From contig CALMKH010000049.1 of the NCBI GenBank assembly GCA_937867025.1, positions 192-64,191 of the forward strand: DNA of 64,000 bases, given 5' to 3'. Position numbers and translations under genes: made by a program. The notes under the pieces were generated by a model, which had not been told where the DNA came from, ran no database searches, and worked only from the letters and a program-made list of their open reading frames with translations. Of the stretch, positions 1 to 8,457 are shown piece by piece. This DNA comes from an uncultured Bacteroidota bacterium. GTDB taxonomy: Bacteria > Bacteroidota > Bacteroidia > NS11-12g > UBA955. Positions within the stretch are counted from its first letter, which is position 1. The number at the start of each line of letters is the position of its first letter.

Positions 1-405
1 GGATTTGTTGCAGTGCCCCTCCATCGGGATCACTGAAAGTAATCCCTCTCTCTCCGCCAAATAAAACATACCCGCACAGAGGCGGGTATTCTTTTTTCCA
101 AGGACGGAGAGCCAAGCGGCGGTATCCGCGCTTGAGCGATACGGCAAAGGGAAAAAGAATAAAGATTGCGACAGCAATTTATGTTTTATTTGAAGCCAAC
201 CCCACCCGGGATCACTGAAAGTAATCCCTCTCTCTCCGCAACAAAATCCAACCCCGCGTTAGCGGGGTTTTTTATTTGCCGCAAGCCTGCCAAATGCGAT
301 AGTATTTGAAGCGGGATAGCCGGCAAATAAAAACACAGGGGCGCAAGCCATGTTGGATTTGTTGCTGGGCCCCCCCACCCGGGATCACTGAAAGTAATCC
401 CGGGG
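1..405 (+). repeat. Tandem array (left-truncated) of the 21-bp palindromic repeat GGGATCACTGAAAGTAATCCC separated by ~150-160 bp structured cassettes
   Basis: Identical copies at 26-46, 208-228 and 381-401 (periods 182 and 173). Copies 1 and 2 continue TCTCTCTCCGC. Each cassette has terminal inverted repeats (58-70/180-192; 238-252/352-365). Confidence 0.95.
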
Positions 406-478
406 AGTTATCAGTTATTAAGTTATTGAGTTATCAGGGTATGAGAATGCTTTCTAAATCATAAATCTTGAATCACAG
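406..478. repeat. Degenerate 7-8 bp short tandem repeats
   Basis: AGTTAT at 406, 413, 421 and 429; TAAATCA-TAAATCT-TGAATCA at ~455-475. Confidence 0.7.
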
Positions 479-536
479 CACCCACCCCTTACCCCTGTGG
501 ACCTGGAGGGAGTAGTTATTACCTTCTTAATGCACC

Positions 537-1031
537 TTATTTCACCGGCAATTTCCATTTCTCTATCAGCTCCGCATTGAGGCCGCCTTCGCTGGGGTTG
601 GGCTTGCCTTTACCGGTAGTGATCAAAGACTTTAAGCTGCCCTGGATATAACTGTTCCACGCATCGTGGCAAACATCGTAACATTCGTAGTCGGGCACCA
701 GGCCCAGATGTGTAAAATCCAGCCGGGTCTGACCGCCCTTTTCAGAGATATCAAACACGATCCTGGTACCATTCCATTCTGTCTTATCCTCCGTGAAATT
801 GAAATGGTTCTGCAAGACCAGCCAGACAACCCTTTTACCGGGCACGAACTCGACAATCTTCATTTTAGCGATATGGACATCCTTGTAGTAATAGAGGAAC
901 TCCTCACCCAGCCTGGTGGTGTTTCCTTCGACGTTCTCTGACCACCAGCCACGCACATTATTAATGGCGTCAAATATTTCCTGCGGTGCCAGCCGGACTG
1001 AAAACGATGTTTTGAAATCTGAATTTGTCAT
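537..1031 (-). CDS. SRPBCC/AHA1 (START-like) domain protein
   Basis: VRGWWS, ELVPGKRVVW-like, EWNGTRIVF and LDFTHLGLVP...ECYDVC..AW pattern. Confidence 0.85.
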   Translation of the reverse strand: MTNSDFKTSFSVRLAPQEIFDAINNVRGWWSENVEGNTTRLGEEFLYYYKDVHIAKMKIVEFVPGKRVVWLVLQNHFNFTEDKTEWNGTRIVFDISEKGGQTRLDFTHLGLVPDYECYDVCHDAWNSYIQGSLKSLITTGKGKPNPSEGGLNAELIEKWKLPVK

Positions 1032-1088
1032 GATATTTTGGTTTTAAGGTTATTGTAGTATGAAAGGTTTTTGGAATATTGCAAACGG

Positions 1089-1541
1089 TCATATTTTTTC
1101 CTTTGCATGTTCCCCGATAGCTATTGTTAACCGTTCCTGCACGTATTGTGTCCAGGCCGGCGCACATGAATCGTAACATTCAAACGCCGGTACCAGGCCT
1201 GCATGCCTGAAAACTATATGAGTGCCCTCCTCCCCGCCTGACAGCTCAAAGCTGATCCGTGTTCCTGTCCATTCGTCGGTCTTGCCCACAAACGTAAGGT
1301 TGCTCTTCGTTACCAGCCAAACCACCTTTTTACCTGGAATCAATTCCACCATTCTCTGTTCGGAGTAATGCATGCCTTCACCCGCAAGGAAACTGAATTC
1401 ATCGCCGACTTTTTCAGAGTTTCCCTCAAAGGTTTCGCCATACAACCCCGACCACCAGGCGCGGACGTTCAGAAGGGTGTTAAAAACTTCGGCCGGTGAC
1501 TGTTTCACCAGTATGCTGATTGTAAAATCTTTATTTTCCAT
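1089..1541 (-). CDS. SRPBCC/AHA1 domain protein, tandem paralog of 537-1031
   Basis: VRAWWS, ELIPGKKVVW, EWTGTRISF and FRHAGLVPAFECYDSC..AW. Confidence 0.85.
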   Translation of the reverse strand: MENKDFTISILVKQSPAEVFNTLLNVRAWWSGLYGETFEGNSEKVGDEFSFLAGEGMHYSEQRMVELIPGKKVVWLVTKSNLTFVGKTDEWTGTRISFELSGGEEGTHIVFRHAGLVPAFECYDSCAPAWTQYVQERLTIAIGEHAKEKI

Positions 1542-1665
1542 ATTATTTATTTGGTTTTAAAAATGTAATGCTGCTGATAAAATATATTGTAATGGTTCAT
1601 CTTTTTTATTACATCAGGATACATGTTCTGAATATAGTTTTCTGCTGTCGTCCTGAATGTGCTGG

Positions 1666-1752
1666 CAAAAGTATTGTCCGAATAGAATATCCAGGGGTGG
1701 GAAAATAGACATTCCGGAGGGTTGTTTTGGACAAGCCCAATCCATACTTTTG
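1666..1752. promoter_or_regulatory. Divergent Bacteroidota -7 promoter elements with a candidate operator between them
   Basis: TACTTTTG on the - strand at 1666-1673 and on the + strand at 1745-1752, both matching TAnnTTTG. Inverted TGTCC (1675-1679) / GGACA (1729-1733) lies between. Confidence 0.55.
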
Positions 1753-1770
1753 TAAATCCGTATCATCTTT

Positions 1771-2760
1771 ATGAAGCATATAACCCTTCTATATCCCGAA
1801 GGACAGCGCAACCTCAGCACCATTGCCTGTATCGTCGGCACGGTGGAAGCGTTTGCCAGGGCCAACGATTACTGGAAACAGCAGGGCCACCAGCCAAAGT
1901 ACCGGCTTGTGGTGGCCGGCGTATCTTCCCCATCTAAAGAGGAATACGTTAAAAACCTGGTCGCCCTGAAGACTGACGCCTCTATTTCGGAGATCAGCAA
2001 GACCGACCTGATCATTATTCCTTCTGCCATGCCCGGAGAGGATACAGCGGAGTACCGGCAGATGCTCGACTGGATCAACCGGCAATATAAGGCCGGGGCG
2101 GAGATAGCGAGCATGTGCTCCGGCGCCTTTATCCTGGCATCCACGGGGATTATTGACGGCAGAAGCTGCTCAACGCACTGGTCGCTCGTCAACACATTCA
2201 GGGACAAGTATCCGAACGTGAACCTGCAATCGGACAAACTGATTACCGACGAGAAAGGCATCTACACCAACGGCGGGGCCTATTCGTTCCTTAACCTGGT
2301 GGTCTATCTCATTGAAAAGTATTATGACCGGCAAACGGCGATCTATTGTTCCAAGGTGCTGCAGATAGAACTGGACAGGGACAGCCAGTCGGCCTTTGCC
2401 ATATTCACCGGTCAAAAACAGCACGGCGACAAAATCGTCCAGCAGGCCCAGATATACATAGAAAACAATATTGATGAAAAGATATCCATCGAAGACCTGT
2501 CATCAAAATTCGCCATCGGGCGCAGGAACTTTGACAGGAGGTTTATAAAAGCCACTGGCAATACGCCGCTTGAATACTCACAACGGGTGAAGATAGAATC
2601 GGCAAAAAAGGCGCTGGAAAGCAGTCGGAAGACGGTAAACGAGGTGATGTACGATGTTGGCTACTCGGATGTGAAGGCCTTCAGGGAAGTATTCAGGAAA
2701 ATCACGGGCATGTCGCCGCTCGAATATAAAGGAAAATATAACAGGGAAGCCGCGGTTTAA
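1771..2760 (+). CDS. GlxA-family transcriptional regulator (DJ-1/PfpI domain + AraC HTH)
   Basis: ASMCSGAFILA, STHW and YTNGG motifs; C-terminal RRFIKATGNTP...VGYSD..AFREVFRKITGMSP. Confidence 0.92.
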   Translation: MKHITLLYPEGQRNLSTIACIVGTVEAFARANDYWKQQGHQPKYRLVVAGVSSPSKEEYVKNLVALKTDASISEISKTDLIIIPSAMPGEDTAEYRQMLDWINRQYKAGAEIASMCSGAFILASTGIIDGRSCSTHWSLVNTFRDKYPNVNLQSDKLITDEKGIYTNGGAYSFLNLVVYLIEKYYDRQTAIYCSKVLQIELDRDSQSAFAIFTGQKQHGDKIVQQAQIYIENNIDEKISIEDLSSKFAIGRRNFDRRFIKATGNTPLEYSQRVKIESAKKALESSRKTVNEVMYDVGYSDVKAFREVFRKITGMSPLEYKGKYNREAAV

Positions 2761-2864
2761 ATTCTTCCGGCTACGTCAGTGATAGGGATGAAAAAACTAT
2801 TCAAAGGACAATAAACAGGTGGCATTACGTCATGTAAACGCCAGTACAAAAACAAAAAATACAT

Positions 2865-2892
2865 AAAAAAAGGCAGGAATACACCTGCCTTT
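2865..2892 (-). terminator. Rho-independent terminator between convergent genes
   Basis: Stem AAAGGCAGG/CCTGCCTTT (2869-2892) followed by a T-run on the - strand. Confidence 0.7.
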
Positions 2893-2908
2893 CATTGCGT
2901 TCATTGTT

Positions 2909-3409
2909 TTAAGCGGTTGCTGATACCCCCGTTTTTGCTTTTGTGTTGTTCCGGTCAAAAAGGGCTTTAATGGTTTTGGCAAGGTTTTCATCTTTCGCGT
3001 TTAACTCGCCAATAGCCTCATTCTTCGTGATAGCTCTTGACAGCAAATTGTTAACTGAAATCATACCTTTTAACCTGCCATCCTTGTCAGTGACGGGTAA
3101 ACGGCCAATCCTGCTCATACGCATTTCGCGCAAAACATCTTCCAGCTCGTCCTCTGCATTGATGGTGTGGATTTTACCTTTGGACAATATTTCCTTTACG
3201 GTTATTTCCTCAGATGTTTTGCCATTTTTGGAAGCCAGGGAAAGACAAATATCGCGATCGGTGATAATCCCCACTACCTTTTTTTCCTTGTCGACCACAG
3301 GAAGCGCTCCAAGGTTATCATCCTTCATCATTTTAGCTGCATTTGCCAGCTTTGTTTCCGAATTGCAGGATTTTATTGTTCCCGCAGTCATTACTTCTTT
3401 TACTTTCAT
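2909..3409 (-). CDS. CBS-pair domain protein
   Basis: MKVKEVM start at 3409; GALPVVD..VVGIITDRDI and GRLPVTD..LKGMISVNNL. Confidence 0.9.
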   Translation of the reverse strand: MKVKEVMTAGTIKSCNSETKLANAAKMMKDDNLGALPVVDKEKKVVGIITDRDICLSLASKNGKTSEEITVKEILSKGKIHTINAEDELEDVLREMRMSRIGRLPVTDKDGRLKGMISVNNLLSRAITKNEAIGELNAKDENLAKTIKALFDRNNTKAKTGVSATA

Positions 3410-3561
3410 AATTTTATTTTTTATTGGTTTATTGTTGACAGATAATATTCCCATTTTTCTTTTTCCGGTTTCTACCGGCACCCTGGTCAGTGATCATGCC
3501 TCAGGCACCGATCAGGACTAGCAAATGTACCCTGCCAATATATAGAACCCTGTGAGCGAAC

Positions 3562-4248
3562 TCACCTGAAAGCGTGATTGATCGCATCCGGATTATTGAC
3601 CGGATGCGCATTTTTATTCATGCCTCTCATTATGAAGTACACCGAGATACTTATTATTGAAGCAAAGAAACACCAGACTGACACTATGTAATCCTCATAA
3701 AAAACCCATGTCATGATATAGGAAACAAGAATGGACCAGCTTAGAATCCACATTCTTTTTACGCTTGAAAAGAATTGAGGAGAAACAGTTGCCAGTATGT
3801 AAAGTATCCCAACGAATATGCCCGGCGCCGGCGGGTAGTTCTGCATGTAGGAAATATGCTTGCCGGCGATATTGGCCTGCACATGGTATGCCGATAAACA
3901 ATACGCCAGGTATAAGGATACAGCGAGACCGATTCCGAGCAGTACTTTTAATCCCTTCCTCCTTTTTTCATTTTGTTCAATATTCAGAATTGAGAAGGGA
4001 ACCCAGGTGGGCCATACGACCTGGGCAAAGAAAATAAATATGTACGCTGTCATGCTTTGGATAATGATATCCGATGGCTCGCGCAAGGCTAACCACAAAA
4101 AACCTTCTGTAAGCTGCTGCACCGCAAAAATCAAAGGTATGGTTGCGAAAGGAAGCTGAGTGGATGATCTGACCTGCTTTATTGAAGCTACCCCTATTGC
4201 AGAAAGTATAGCTCCCGCTCCGAAACTTGCACTGGCTGAAAAACACAT
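3562..4248 (-). CDS. Conserved multi-pass membrane protein (DUF6629-like)
   Basis: MCFSASASF N-terminus, QQLTEGFLW, SVWCFFA; about 7 hydrophobic segments. Confidence 0.75.
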   Translation of the reverse strand: MCFSASASFGAGAILSAIGVASIKQVRSSTQLPFATIPLIFAVQQLTEGFLWLALREPSDIIIQSMTAYIFIFFAQVVWPTWVPFSILNIEQNEKRRKGLKVLLGIGLAVSLYLAYCLSAYHVQANIAGKHISYMQNYPPAPGIFVGILYILATVSPQFFSSVKRMWILSWSILVSYIMTWVFYEDYIVSVWCFFASIISISVYFIMRGMNKNAHPVNNPDAINHAFR

Positions 4249-4450
4249 ATACGTTTTAAATTAAAATGTTTGCGAACTATTTGTTGCAAATATTATAACT
4301 TGAAAACTATCGCCTTTGCAAGAGCGTTTTTAAAATCAGATTACTTATGCTGAAATACAAATGTAACTACGCCTATAAAGAAATAAAGTGATAACAATCA
4401 TGTTAACGGCTGATTGAATCAATTGATTCATGCACAGTTTCAGAAACCAC

Positions 4451-4556
4451 CCGCATCCAGCGTGTCGCGGATGCGCCAGGGATGGAACGGCCTGTCTGAG
4501 CTCCTTTACCCTGAGCAAGGGTAAAGAGCGAGTAGTGACAGCCCGGTGCCGCCGGC
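4451..4556 (+). ncRNA. Structured intergenic element resembling Flavo-1-type dispersed Bacteroidota RNA/REP-like motifs
   Basis: Hairpin CGCATCC..GGATGCG, then CAGGGATGGAACGG...GTAGTGACAGCCCGG enclosing the hairpin CTTTACCCT/AGGGTAAAG. Family match is from memory only. Confidence 0.5.
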
Positions 4557-4604
4557 GATACACATGATAAACACGTAGATTTAAAAAAGCGGCAGGCGCC
4601 CTAA

Positions 4605-5582
4605 TCAATTAAAAAACCGGTTTTCAAGCTTGCGTTTCTCCTGGGTGATCTTTACGACCGAGTTAATGCTCATATTCAATTCAAAACCGACGAGGACACA
4701 CAGCGTATTGAAATAGATTAGCAGCATCAGCACGATAATGGCCCCGATACTGCCATACAGCTTGTTATAACTGTTGAAGCCGTCCACATAGGATGAAAAC
4801 AGGTAGGTGGCCACAATGGAAAGCACGGTTGCCACGATGGCACCTGGCGAAAAGAACTTCCATTTCTTTTTTGCCGAATGTGCGAAATAGTAGATCGAGC
4901 TCATGATAAAAAAGATAAGGGCCGACAGGGTGATAAACTCGGCGAGATTTACCACGAACAGCAGAACGGTTTTATTGATCCAGTGTTTTTTGATCAGGTA
5001 AGCTGATACCACATTGCCGGCTATCAGCACGGCCATGGCCAGCAATATAAGCGTGGTAATGACCAGGGTGACAAGTATGGATTTCCAGCGTTTCTGAAAA
5101 AAGTTCCGTTTCTTCTTTTCATCTTCATGAAAATTGCTGTCGAATGCCAGCATCATTGAAAAGACGCCATTGCTGGCAAAGTACAGGGCGGTCAGGAAAC
5201 CGAAGGAAAGTAGTCCTGAGCGCTTATTCAGGTTAATGTCCTTGATGGTCGACTTGATGATCTTATAGGTATCTTTGGGCAAAAGGTCGTTGACGACTTC
5301 GAGGATCAGCTTTTCGAAATTCAGCCCCGGTATATAGGCTATCAGTGTGAACAGGAAAAGCAGGGATGGGAAAATGGCCAGGAAAAAGTTCCACGACAGG
5401 GAACCGGCATACAGGTTGAACTTCGGACTGATGATGCCTTTAAAAAAGAACTGGCACACGGAAAACAGCGAAGCGCCCTGGAAACCCGGCGGATAAATGC
5501 GGTCGAAGAAGGCCACAACGCGCCTTACCGGAGCAAGCCTCCAGAACACCGATCGTATGTTATCTTTCTTTTTCTGTGTCAA
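4605..5582 (-). CDS. YihY/virulence factor BrkB family membrane protein
   Basis: FFLAIFP, FASNG, FSPGA and YNKLYGSIGAIIVLML..GFELN motifs. Confidence 0.9.
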   Translation of the reverse strand: MTQKKKDNIRSVFWRLAPVRRVVAFFDRIYPPGFQGASLFSVCQFFFKGIISPKFNLYAGSLSWNFFLAIFPSLLFLFTLIAYIPGLNFEKLILEVVNDLLPKDTYKIIKSTIKDINLNKRSGLLSFGFLTALYFASNGVFSMMLAFDSNFHEDEKKKRNFFQKRWKSILVTLVITTLILLAMAVLIAGNVVSAYLIKKHWINKTVLLFVVNLAEFITLSALIFFIMSSIYYFAHSAKKKWKFFSPGAIVATVLSIVATYLFSSYVDGFNSYNKLYGSIGAIIVLMLLIYFNTLCVLVGFELNMSINSVVKITQEKRKLENRFFN

Positions 5583-6364
5583 AACCTCAGTATAAAATGC
5601 TCCTTATCCTGCTCCGTCCTGAAAAACACTATTCCCATAAAGTACAGGTCGATCGTCACTTTGACCCGCGGGTGGTTCTTTATTTTCTGCCAGGCTCTCT
5701 GCATCCCTTCGCTCCACCGGATGTCATCGAATACAAATATGCTTCCGCTATGGGCTTTTTGCAAGCATTCCTCAAAATAATGCAATGTGGCTTCCAGCGT
5801 ATGATTCCCATCGAAAAACACGTAATCGACCCTTGGCAATTGTTCCAGCAGCATAGGCAGTGTCTGCTCGAACATGCCCTCGATAAACTGGATATGCAGG
5901 TATTCGAGCTTTTCGGCATTATGCCGCGCAATGCGCACACTGCCCGGATTTCCTTCCAGCGAGAACAGGTAACCCTGGGTTATGCCACTGGCCTGGTAAA
6001 GGGTGCTTATACCAACGGAACTTCCTATTTCAACGGCATATTGCGGCTGGTAATAATGGCATATCCTTTCAAGGAGTTCAGCATACTTGGCCGATTTGGA
6101 AGTCCTCTTCACCACATTCCGCAACTTCTCGCGCTTTGGTTTTTTTCCGCTTGCAGCGCCAAGGGGCAGCACTTCGAGGGTCGAATTGCTTTTCAGCATT
6201 TTGCTTCTCAACAGCTCGATCGCGTGATACGTGGGTTTGTTCTTGCGCGCCTCCAGGACCCTGGTCACAAAGTCGAACACAAACGGCGAATGCACGGAAT
6301 GTTTATTTCCCGCTGTAAAAAAATAAAAGAGAAAATCGATTGCGATCTGGATCTTGCGCAGCAT
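5579..6364 (-). CDS. Class I SAM-dependent O-methyltransferase
   Basis: HSVHSPFVFD, VEIGSSVG, VFFDGNH and FVFDDIRWS. Confidence 0.85.
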   Translation of the reverse strand: MLRKIQIAIDFLFYFFTAGNKHSVHSPFVFDFVTRVLEARKNKPTYHAIELLRSKMLKSNSTLEVLPLGAASGKKPKREKLRNVVKRTSKSAKYAELLERICHYYQPQYAVEIGSSVGISTLYQASGITQGYLFSLEGNPGSVRIARHNAEKLEYLHIQFIEGMFEQTLPMLLEQLPRVDYVFFDGNHTLEATLHYFEECLQKAHSGSIFVFDDIRWSEGMQRAWQKIKNHPRVKVTIDLYFMGIVFFRTEQDKEHFILRF

Positions 6365-6385
6365 ACCACAGGCAAAATTAAAGGA

Positions 6386-8269
6386 TTAATTCCTTGTCGG
6401 CGCTTTTTTATATGATCTAAGCACTTTAAGTTCTTCCTGTAATTTCGCGATCTGGTTATTTGTGGTTTCTATTTTCTGTTCGATCTGTTTCCTGAGCGCA
6501 TCTGCATTCTTGGATTTGGCGAAGAATTCAATGTTGTTCTTAAGTGTTTCGGCATCGTCCCTCAGCATGCGTAATTTATCATTGATAATGCGCTCTTCAT
6601 GCTTCATTTTGTCCTCGCCGTTCGGTGAAGAGGCCAGCATCTCGTAATGTTCCTTTATGCGCAGCGACTTGTTTTCCTCAGCGCTTTGCTTGAACTTTTT
6701 GTAAATGGCATCCACGGCTTTGCTGTAACGCGCCTGGAGATCGGCCTTGGCTTTAATGGGAACAAACCCTATTGACAGCCATTCCTGCTGAATTTTCCGC
6801 AGCTTCTCAAACACATGCCCGCTGTCTTCCGATTCCAGCAGCTTTTCCACTTCCGCTAAAAGTTTTTCCTTAGCTGCCTGATTATCCTTTTCGCCGGCAT
6901 TCTTCTCTTTATAAAATTCATCCTTGCGTTTGAAGAACTTGTCGCATGCAGCCCGGAACCTTGCCCATATTTGCTCATTCTTGCTTTCAGGAACCGGTCC
7001 TATGGATTTCCATTTCTCCTGAAGCGCTATCAGATGTTTCGACGTGACATCGTACTGGGTGCTTTCTGCGAGTTTTTCCGCCTCAACGCATAAGGCCGTT
7101 TTCATTTCAAGGTTCTTCTCCTTGCCGCTGTTCAGCTGATCAAAGAAGGCCTTTTTATGATGATTGAAGATATTCTGTGCCTCCCTGAAACGTTTCCATA
7201 TCTGGTCATTCGAACTTTCCGGCACCGGCCCGATAGTTTTCCATTCGGCAAAAATGTTCGCTATTTCTTCCGTCTTTTCTTTCCAGACCTTCGGACTGGT
7301 GATAGGTATCTGGTTGATCTGCTCCACTTTTTCGCACAGCACTTTTTTCAGTTCGAGGTTTTCATTCCTTTTGGCCTTGATCTGTTCGAGCTGTTCCCTC
7401 TTATCATTGAGCACGTGGTCTGAAGCTTCCTTGAAACGCTTCCAGATATCCTCGGCCACGTCCTTGCCCGGTACAGGCCCGGCGTTCTTGAATTCCTCGT
7501 GATACTTGTTAAGCAATATGTGGGCCTTTTTGATGGATTTTTCTTCATTCAGGGCCGCCACTTTCTTGATCAGCTCAATTTTTATTTCCAGGTTTTTCTG
7601 CCTGTCTTTTTCTTTCAGTTCATTGTTGATGGCGTGGTTATCGTAGAATTTATCGAGATAAAACCTGTAACTCTCCCACAATTCCTGCATATGCTCCCTG
7701 GGAACGGTACGGATCTGTTTCCACTGTTTCTGAAGATCGCCCACCTCGCGGAAAATCGACTCGGTCTCATCTTCTGATGCGAGGGTTTTCAGGCGTTCGA
7801 TTATTTTTTTCTTGGCCTGGTAATTCTTTTGTTTTTCTTCTTCTGCAAGCCGTTTCTCCTCTGCCCGTTTTTCAAGGAAAGAGGTATATATCTTATAAAA
7901 CTTTTCCTTCGTTTCGTCATAAGGAGGTTTGAACTCCCTGACATCATGACCTGCATCGGCCCATTCCTTGACAAGCTGGGTGCGCTCTGCCTTGATGACA
8001 TCGTCAAACAGCACCCTGATCTTTTTAAAGATATCATGCGCTTCCTTGATATTGGGGAACGACACCAGTTCTTCAGCCTTGGATACAAAGTCGGCCTTGG
8101 AAAAGGACGAATAATCCGTCTGGTCGCGCCTTTCCTCCTCAATCTCGGAAAATTCATCGTGCTCTTCTGAATCACCCTTCTTCTCCAGGTGTACGATCTT
8201 GGTATTTAACACATGTTCGCTGGCATCGTCAACGTTAGGGTCATTCAAATGCTTGTTTGTATCTGTCAT
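6386..8269 (-). CDS. DUF349 repeat coiled-coil protein
   Basis: Repeated LQ..WK.IGPVP....IW.RF..A...FF units. Confidence 0.9.
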   Translation of the reverse strand: MTDTNKHLNDPNVDDASEHVLNTKIVHLEKKGDSEEHDEFSEIEEERRDQTDYSSFSKADFVSKAEELVSFPNIKEAHDIFKKIRVLFDDVIKAERTQLVKEWADAGHDVREFKPPYDETKEKFYKIYTSFLEKRAEEKRLAEEEKQKNYQAKKKIIERLKTLASEDETESIFREVGDLQKQWKQIRTVPREHMQELWESYRFYLDKFYDNHAINNELKEKDRQKNLEIKIELIKKVAALNEEKSIKKAHILLNKYHEEFKNAGPVPGKDVAEDIWKRFKEASDHVLNDKREQLEQIKAKRNENLELKKVLCEKVEQINQIPITSPKVWKEKTEEIANIFAEWKTIGPVPESSNDQIWKRFREAQNIFNHHKKAFFDQLNSGKEKNLEMKTALCVEAEKLAESTQYDVTSKHLIALQEKWKSIGPVPESKNEQIWARFRAACDKFFKRKDEFYKEKNAGEKDNQAAKEKLLAEVEKLLESEDSGHVFEKLRKIQQEWLSIGFVPIKAKADLQARYSKAVDAIYKKFKQSAEENKSLRIKEHYEMLASSPNGEDKMKHEERIINDKLRMLRDDAETLKNNIEFFAKSKNADALRKQIEQKIETTNNQIAKLQEELKVLRSYKKAPTRN

Positions 8270-8457
8270 TAACTAAAAAAATGTAGGGTTCTTAAACGAT
8301 TTATATGGTATGCTGTAGGGGTATGCTGTAGATTGAGAATTGTTAATTCAATGGATGATGGTTAGATATATCCTGATTTGCTATGAGTTCTTTCGTTTAG
8401 GACTACAAAGATAAACCATAAGTTTTTATATAGGCAAGTGTTTTTTTTTCGAAAAAT

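Noticed and set aside
1..60. Complete tRNA gene at the window start
   Set aside because: Only a 3'-end-like segment is present; no D-arm, anticodon arm or TTCG loop precedes it.
200..216. CCCACCCGGGATCAC as a tRNA-Arg 3' end
   Set aside because: The resemblance is short and is explained by its pairing with AGTAATCCC; it lacks the preceding TTCGAAT. Not excluded, but unsupported.
26..401. CRISPR array interpretation of the 21-bp palindromic repeat
   Set aside because: Spacers are ~150-160 bp, internally structured and recur by type; no cas genes are in the window.
3483..3520. TGATC..GATCA imperfect palindrome upstream of the CBS gene as a CRP/FNR-type site
   Set aside because: Too degenerate to support by eye.
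4345..4608. 87-aa - strand ORF
   Set aside because: It runs through the structured intergenic element and has no protein-like signature.
5576..6415. 279-aa + strand ORF
   Set aside because: Antisense shadow of the methyltransferase.
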